A stretch of 64,000 bases of DNA from Stygiobacter sp. RIFOXYC2_FULL_38_25 (GTDB lineage: Bacteria > Bacteroidota > Ignavibacteria > Ignavibacteriales > Melioribacteraceae): positions 23,219-87,218 of the forward strand of contig MHAZ01000016.1 of NCBI GenBank assembly GCA_001803165.1. The letters are read 5' to 3'. Shown piece by piece: positions 58,794-64,000 of the stretch. A model generated the notes under the pieces. That model searched no databases. It saw only the letters and a program-made list of their open reading frames with translations, and was not told the DNA's origin. A program made the translations under genes and the position numbers. The first letter of the stretch is position 1, and each line of letters starts with the position of its first letter.

Positions 58794-59951
58794 TTAGAAA
58801 GCATTCTCCAAAATGTGTCTGCTAACTTCTAGAGTTACCTCTCTTGTCTCCGAAAGTTCCGTCAAGTGTTTTTCTTTCAACCCTTGGATAATCTTATCAA
58901 AATCTGAAGAAGAAATATTATAATCCGTTAATCTAGTCTTGACATCAAGACTTTCAAAGAATTCTCTTGTTTTACGTATTGCTTGATCAGCTTTAAATTC
59001 ATCAGTCCCATTTTCTATTTTCCAAACACGTTCTGCGTACTGAATCAATTTTTCTTTCTTTTGTTCGTACCGTACTTGAAGCAGAGCCGGAAGAATTACA
59101 GCCAGAGTTTTAGCGTGGTCAATACCGAAGAATGCGGTTAACTCATGACCTATCATGTGAGTTGTCCAGTCTTGAGGGACACCGGCTCCAATCAAACCAT
59201 TTAATGCCATGGTAGAATTCCAAACAAGATTAGCCCGTAAAACATAATCAGTTGGGTTATCCATAGTCTTTCTTCCTATTTCAACTAGAGTCTGCAAAAT
59301 TCCTTCTGCTGTACGATCTTGAAATCTCGCATCCACAGGAAATGTTAAATACTGTTCCATAACATGAACAAAAGTATCTATAACACCATTGGCAACTTGA
59401 GTCTTGGGAAGTGTGAAGGTAAGCGCTGGATCTAAAAAAGAAAATCTTGGAAAAGTTAACGGACAAATAACAGCGTACTTTGATTCCTTATAACTTATAA
59501 CTGCCGCTGCATTCATCTCCGAACCGGTGGCTGGAAGAGTAACAACTGTTCCAAAAGGCATTGCTTCTTTTAAATCTGCCGGCTTAAAACTATGGTACAA
59601 AATTTCTTCCGGATCGCCGTTGTATTTAGCTGCTAAGGAAATAAACTTCGTTCCATCCATCACAGAACCGCCGCCAACAGCAAGGAGAAAATCAATATTT
59701 TCTTTTTTAATTAACTCAACAGCTTTCATCAGTGTTTCAAATCGCGGATTTGGTTCAATGCCACCAAATTCTCTGAAGTAATTATTGCTAAGTGCATTAC
59801 GAACTTTTTGCAAAGTGCCATTTTTTTCAACGCTGCCGCCGCCATAAGTAATTAACACTTTTGCTTTTGAAGGTATATAATTTACCAGTTCATTTAGGCG
59901 GTCTCTGCCGAATATTATTTGAGTGGGGTTGTGAAAGTTGAAATTGTTCAT
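58794..59951 (-). CDS. Iron-containing NADPH-dependent alcohol/aldehyde dehydrogenase (YqhD/BdhA family)
   Basis: GIEPNP, AVGGGSVMDGTK, TLPATGSEMN, DTFVHVMEQY, DWTTHMIGHELT, HAKTLA. Start refined to MNNFNF (59951). Confidence 0.92.
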   Translation of the reverse strand: MNNFNFHNPTQIIFGRDRLNELVNYIPSKAKVLITYGGGSVEKNGTLQKVRNALSNNYFREFGGIEPNPRFETLMKAVELIKKENIDFLLAVGGGSVMDGTKFISLAAKYNGDPEEILYHSFKPADLKEAMPFGTVVTLPATGSEMNAAAVISYKESKYAVICPLTFPRFSFLDPALTFTLPKTQVANGVIDTFVHVMEQYLTFPVDARFQDRTAEGILQTLVEIGRKTMDNPTDYVLRANLVWNSTMALNGLIGAGVPQDWTTHMIGHELTAFFGIDHAKTLAVILPALLQVRYEQKKEKLIQYAERVWKIENGTDEFKADQAIRKTREFFESLDVKTRLTDYNISSSDFDKIIQGLKEKHLTELSETREVTLEVSRHILENAF

Positions 59952-60048
59952 AGAATCCTTTTGATTTTTACTTGTCAAAAATAGCAAATAAACCGCCCCA
60001 CTACACAAATTAGAATTAGTGTGAACAATAGAAAAGCTGAGGCCTGTA

Positions 60049-63000
60049 TTACTTCATCAAAACCAATTTCTTGGTTGCTGTAAAATTATCTAATCTTAAT
60101 TGATAAAAATAAACTCCGCTATGTAGAGACGCGCCATGGCGCGTCTCTACGTTAAACTTTTCATAATACGTTCCAGCTTGCTTGTATTCATCAATTAGTG
60201 TTGCAACTTCTCTCCCAAGTACATCAAAAACTTTTAGTGTGACGTGTGAACTTTGTGGAATAGAAAAACTAATAGTTGTTTCCGGATTGAATGGATTAGG
60301 GTAATTCTGGTAAAGCACAAATTCTTTTGGCAAACCATTATCTTTTTCAACTTCAGTATAAACATCATTCAAATAACCAGGTGTTCCGTAAAGTTGAGAA
60401 GCCTTCCAATTTGAAGCTTGCGAATTATCAAGCTGAGGATCAATTAGCGATAGCGTTGATCCCTTTCCGTTTGGGAGGGAACTCCACAATCCGCTGGAAG
60501 AATAGCTAACTTCATCAATAATTTTATTCGAGTTATCAAGTAATGTTATTCGTTCATCGTTGCTGCTTAATCCAAATCCGAAATTGCCTATAATGTTTTT
60601 AACATTTGGTCTTTGTTTCTTGAACTTTGCTGTATCGCGGCAGACTACTACATAACCTTTAGCATTTATTGTTATTCCGGCTGCAAACACATGCTGATTT
60701 GATTTGCTATCACGCAAAATCCAGTTAGACAAATCAACATTCTTATCGTCCGGGTTATAGAGCTCAATCCAATCCTCAGTGTCAAAAACAGATGAGCAAT
60801 TATAGTTTATTTCATTAATCACAATTGACTTAGCCGATAATTCAGTTTGCGTGAATAGGGCTCTTAATGTTGTATTGCTTTCAAGTGTAATTGAAATCTC
60901 TGGCGAAGTAGAATTTGAAACTCCTTCCCATTGAACAAACCGGTAGCCAGGCAGCGCTAAGGCTTTTATTCTTAAAGGGATTCCTTTAAAGAAAATATTT
61001 GTCGCACCATTCTTTTTCATCTCTACAGAAGAAACAAACACTTTACCCCACGCCGGATTATTTCTACTAATCACTAATGAATGTGAAGTTGTAACTCCAA
61101 ACTTTGCGTAAATATGTTCCCTCATAAAAGATGGTCTCTTTTCGGCAAATGTTTTCATAATATCAATTTGACTTTGCCAGCCTGTACCGTAAGATATTGA
61201 TTGCGGCCAGCGCAGTTTATGTCTTGGGACTTCCGAAGCAATGTCTTTAGCCATACTGTCAATCACTGCTAAAACATGATTCTTTTCAAAAGTTGTGTTC
61301 ATGTGTGCAGCAAACCGCTGGATGAATTCATTTTTGAATTCAACATTCTCCAGCAGTTTCCGCAGCATTAATGTTGACCATGAGGGATTTGGCCAGGAAG
61401 TTCCGGTAGCTAAGGTAGCTTGAGCTAATGTATTTGTGTCAAACATTCCTTTCGCGTTGCCGCCAAAAGTAAAATCCATATCGTAGATCATCCAGCGCCA
61501 TTTTCCGCCGGCTTTTCTTTCCCGCCAAAGTTTCATGTTAGAGCCGGGCCAATCGCCATTGGCTCCATAAATCTCCGCTATCTGATAATCTATATACTCA
61601 TCAATATCCACGATTGATTTTATATACCCATAATTTGCCGGATCAGCCATGTTCTTTGTTGCAAGAAAGTTTATTATTTCATTGTATGCTATACTGTCGC
61701 CACTTGTAGCTCTTCCTACTTTACTTATTTCTATAAGATCAATATTATTTATATCTGCACCATGATGGTAAAAGGTATAATACTCATTCATTTTTTCTCT
61801 GATATTGTGAATTCCCCAATACTTTCCATTTATGAAAAGTACGGAAGGACGGTAATTTGAATAATCCAGTTTCATTCCTTGCTCAAGAAGAGTTTGTACC
61901 ATGCCGTCTCTGAACATTGTACGCCACCAATCTTGTCCGGAACTTCTAAGAATAAAATTGTTAAACTCACTTAGCGGTGCGTCATCAAATAAACGGTAGC
62001 GAAGTTTTTCATCACCATATTCACTCCTCATATAAAACGCTAACGATTTCTGCGCATACAACCGGGTGCATCCGCCGTAGATTTTCACTCCGGCATTGAC
62101 CTTAAAAGCCAATAACTTGTTGGTTTCAAAAAACTCAAGGCTAACAGGTCTTTCCCAATCTTGATTCCAATTTCTAGGTGCTGTACTGCAATGGCTTGTA
62201 ACACCTCTTGTTCCAATAACATAAATCCCGGTCGTATCGGAAAAGAAATTTGCCGGATCGGTAACAAGTGAAAACACCGGCAGATCAGTTTTTTCATTAA
62301 TGAAATAAGTTCTTGTTTCGGTGATGCTTGGTGAGTATCCATTCTTAAAAGCTCTGAACCGTAAAACTGAATTTGAATCTACTTGCAAAGATGTTTGGTA
62401 AATTTTGCTGGATATGCTCGGCACACTTCCGTCAATTGTATAACGAATTGTAACATCTGTTATAAGGTGTGTAATTCCAATATTCAACGATGAGTTATAA
62501 AAACCACTTTGGTTAGAAACAATTGGCGGTGGTAGTAGATTATAAATCCCGGATTCAAGATTTGCTTTACCAGGCGTAGCGGTTGAGAACTTTGCCCAAT
62601 TATTAGGATCGCTTGGTAACCTTCCTTGCGAAACATCAGTTTGCTGTTCACCAAAATTTACTGTATCAACCAATTGAGCGTTTGGGTCGAACAAGCCAAT
62701 GCTTTCACCGCTGCCGCTCAGTTTGAAGTTGGTATGAGTGCCGGTGTTCGCGTCATCAGCCCAAAGTAATACATAGCCGTTCGCAGCAACTATACAATCA
62801 ATATTAATTTGATATTTTGTCGGCAGCTTAAGATCATCAGTTACATAATAGTTTTTAAGATTGATTGGCGGGGAGCCGGAATTATAAATCTCAATCCAAT
62901 CCAAATAACTATTAAAATCTTTATCGAGAATTGTTTTCGAATTCGAAGCCATAAATTCATTTACGGTAAGATTCTGCCCATTTAAAACATTGGTTAGCAG

Positions 63001-63054
63001 AATAAAAATGAATGAAAGGATGATTCGCTTTCCGGTAAGGTAGAATGGTAACAT
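60049..63054 (-). CDS. T9SS-sorted CotH-family kinase with lamin-tail domains
   Basis: LTD (VNEFMASN...DWIEIYN; VINEINY...DWIELYN), chitobiase/FN3-associated (TIRYTIDGSVP), CotH core (YWGIHNIREK, GDWPGSN, WMIYDMD), CTD. Confidence 0.87.
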   Translation of the reverse strand: MLPFYLTGKRIILSFIFILLTNVLNGQNLTVNEFMASNSKTILDKDFNSYLDWIEIYNSGSPPINLKNYYVTDDLKLPTKYQINIDCIVAANGYVLLWADDANTGTHTNFKLSGSGESIGLFDPNAQLVDTVNFGEQQTDVSQGRLPSDPNNWAKFSTATPGKANLESGIYNLLPPPIVSNQSGFYNSSLNIGITHLITDVTIRYTIDGSVPSISSKIYQTSLQVDSNSVLRFRAFKNGYSPSITETRTYFINEKTDLPVFSLVTDPANFFSDTTGIYVIGTRGVTSHCSTAPRNWNQDWERPVSLEFFETNKLLAFKVNAGVKIYGGCTRLYAQKSLAFYMRSEYGDEKLRYRLFDDAPLSEFNNFILRSSGQDWWRTMFRDGMVQTLLEQGMKLDYSNYRPSVLFINGKYWGIHNIREKMNEYYTFYHHGADINNIDLIEISKVGRATSGDSIAYNEIINFLATKNMADPANYGYIKSIVDIDEYIDYQIAEIYGANGDWPGSNMKLWRERKAGGKWRWMIYDMDFTFGGNAKGMFDTNTLAQATLATGTSWPNPSWSTLMLRKLLENVEFKNEFIQRFAAHMNTTFEKNHVLAVIDSMAKDIASEVPRHKLRWPQSISYGTGWQSQIDIMKTFAEKRPSFMREHIYAKFGVTTSHSLVISRNNPAWGKVFVSSVEMKKNGATNIFFKGIPLRIKALALPGYRFVQWEGVSNSTSPEISITLESNTTLRALFTQTELSAKSIVINEINYNCSSVFDTEDWIELYNPDDKNVDLSNWILRDSKSNQHVFAAGITINAKGYVVVCRDTAKFKKQRPNVKNIIGNFGFGLSSNDERITLLDNSNKIIDEVSYSSSGLWSSLPNGKGSTLSLIDPQLDNSQASNWKASQLYGTPGYLNDVYTEVEKDNGLPKEFVLYQNYPNPFNPETTISFSIPQSSHVTLKVFDVLGREVATLIDEYKQAGTYYEKFNVETRHGASLHSGVYFYQLRLDNFTATKKLVLMK
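60123..60150. repeat. Perfect 28-bp GTAG-type REP palindrome in frame in the CotH CTD (encodes VETRHGASL)
   Basis: GTAGAGACGCGCCA|TGGCGCGTCTCTAC. Confidence 0.85.
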
Positions 63055-63200
63055 CGGTGACTCTTCAGTGTAGACAGTTTGTAAGTAACTCTAAGGAAAA
63101 GATGTCTCAACTCATGTCAGTGGACATCACATTAATATTCATGTAATCCGCTGTGTATATTAAAATTCGAGAACACAAATAGTTAACAAGAATAATTTTT

Positions 63201-63258
63201 CGGGTTTGATTAATCAAACCCCTACAACTTTTTGTAGGGGCTTCATTCATGAAGCCCG
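63201..63258. repeat. Inverted REP doublet (REPIN-like)
   Basis: GTAG-GGGTTTGATTAATCAAACCC-G (63225-63201, -) and GTAG-GGGCTTCATTCATGAAGCCC-G (63234-63258, +), 8 nt apart. Confidence 0.8.
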
Positions 63259-63327
63259 CTTTTTAGATAAATCAGCAATTGATCATTCGATTGAATCTAA
63301 TTCACATAACGGATTCATATTATATAA

Positions 63328-63999
63328 TTAGAACGTTACGCCAACCGAAAAGTAATGAACGCTTTTCAGCCTTCCGAAATCTTGATATGCGTAATCAATC
63401 TTTGCTTTCAACATGTCCATAATTCGGTAGTTCAATCCAAAGCCAAGTGTTAATCCTTTTTCGCTATCTGTTTCGAACAGAGAATTGTAACCGGCTCTGA
63501 GAAAAACAATTTCATTCCAACTGAATTCCGTTCCGGCATTCAAATATTCTGTGTTATCGTTCGGATGAATTGCATCAACACCAATTGTTAATCTTGTAGT
63601 GGCTTCTTTGATAACATCAGCGGAAATACCGAATCTGAATATCAATGGTAGATCAAACTTATCCAGTTCAATGTTGGAGTTAATTAAATTTTCTTCACCT
63701 GCACCAGAAGGATAAATTACTGTTGCGTCTCTTCCGGTAAGCTGCATTTTCGTTCCAAAGTTGGAAACGCTGGAAGCGATTCTAAGTTCGTTCAAAACCG
63801 GGATTTTATAGAGTGTTCCGATATCAATTGCGAATCCTTCCGAACTCATGTGCCAGAGATTTTCGCTAATGTACTTCACATTGAATCCGATTGAAAAATT
63901 AGTTGTGAGATATTTTGAGAAGTTAACTCCCAAAACCAATGTGTTGTAGTTAAAGAATTCTCCGGTGCCTTCCGGATTTTCAATTGTTCTAACTTGCAT
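63328..63999 (-). CDS. PorV/PorQ-family outer-membrane protein (5' part outside the window)
   Basis: FSIGFNVKYISE, FAIDIGTLY, SVSNFG, LPLIFRFG, LRAGY, GLTLGFG, IDYAYQDFGRL..VHYFSVGVTF with terminal Phe. Confidence 0.8.
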   Translation of the reverse strand: MQVRTIENPEGTGEFFNYNTLVLGVNFSKYLTTNFSIGFNVKYISENLWHMSSEGFAIDIGTLYKIPVLNELRIASSVSNFGTKMQLTGRDATVIYPSGAGEENLINSNIELDKFDLPLIFRFGISADVIKEATTRLTIGVDAIHPNDNTEYLNAGTEFSWNEIVFLRAGYNSLFETDSEKGLTLGFGLNYRIMDMLKAKIDYAYQDFGRLKSVHYFSVGVTF

Positions 64000-64000
64000 G

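Noticed and set aside
47100-63300. Accessory-looking block as a genomic island
   Set aside because: No mobility genes or flanking direct repeats, it carries the same REP families as the core region, and I could not compute composition.

Overview
AT-rich bacterial chromosomal segment. The T9SS C-terminal domains (NYPNPFNPxTxIxY...SGxYFY), a PorV/PorQ-family gene and the overall gene set suggest an Ignavibacteria-like FCB organism; this taxonomy is inferred. About 1-44.5 kb is mostly housekeeping and envelope genes: a TPP-riboswitch-controlled TonB receptor (partial), a 7-LysM MltD, a carboxyltransferase, a degenerate ABC pair, aroC, degQ, recO, mtnA, pfkB, NUDIX, a 1150-aa OM barrel, TolC/MFP/ATPase with four MacB-type permeases, cca, murA, a Ser/Thr kinase, tRNA-Leu-tig-clpP, DPP-IV, a hybrid pseudo-kinase, gltX and glnS. 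About 45-64 kb is more accessory: GH97, T9SS beta-propeller proteins, two-component genes, an L,D-transpeptidase-like protein, a YqhD-like ADH, a CotH kinase and a partial PorV/PorQ-like gene. I found no CRISPR array, integrase, transposase or rRNA. The most unusual observations are: (i) several REP/BIME-like and heptamer repeat families, some in frame inside genes, with all three T9SS CTDs carrying a repeat at the same loop and a 30-nt insert in gltX; (ii) a duplicated pair of MacB permeases, split from the first pair by a terminator and followed by an uncharacterised OM barrel with a SprA-like motif; (iii) a two-component module with a perfect 9-bp inverted repeat ahead of a receiver protein and two T9SS propellers; (iv) degenerate ATP-binding motifs in a three-receiver hybrid kinase and in an ABC ATPase. 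All family assignments come from motifs read by eye, with no database searches.
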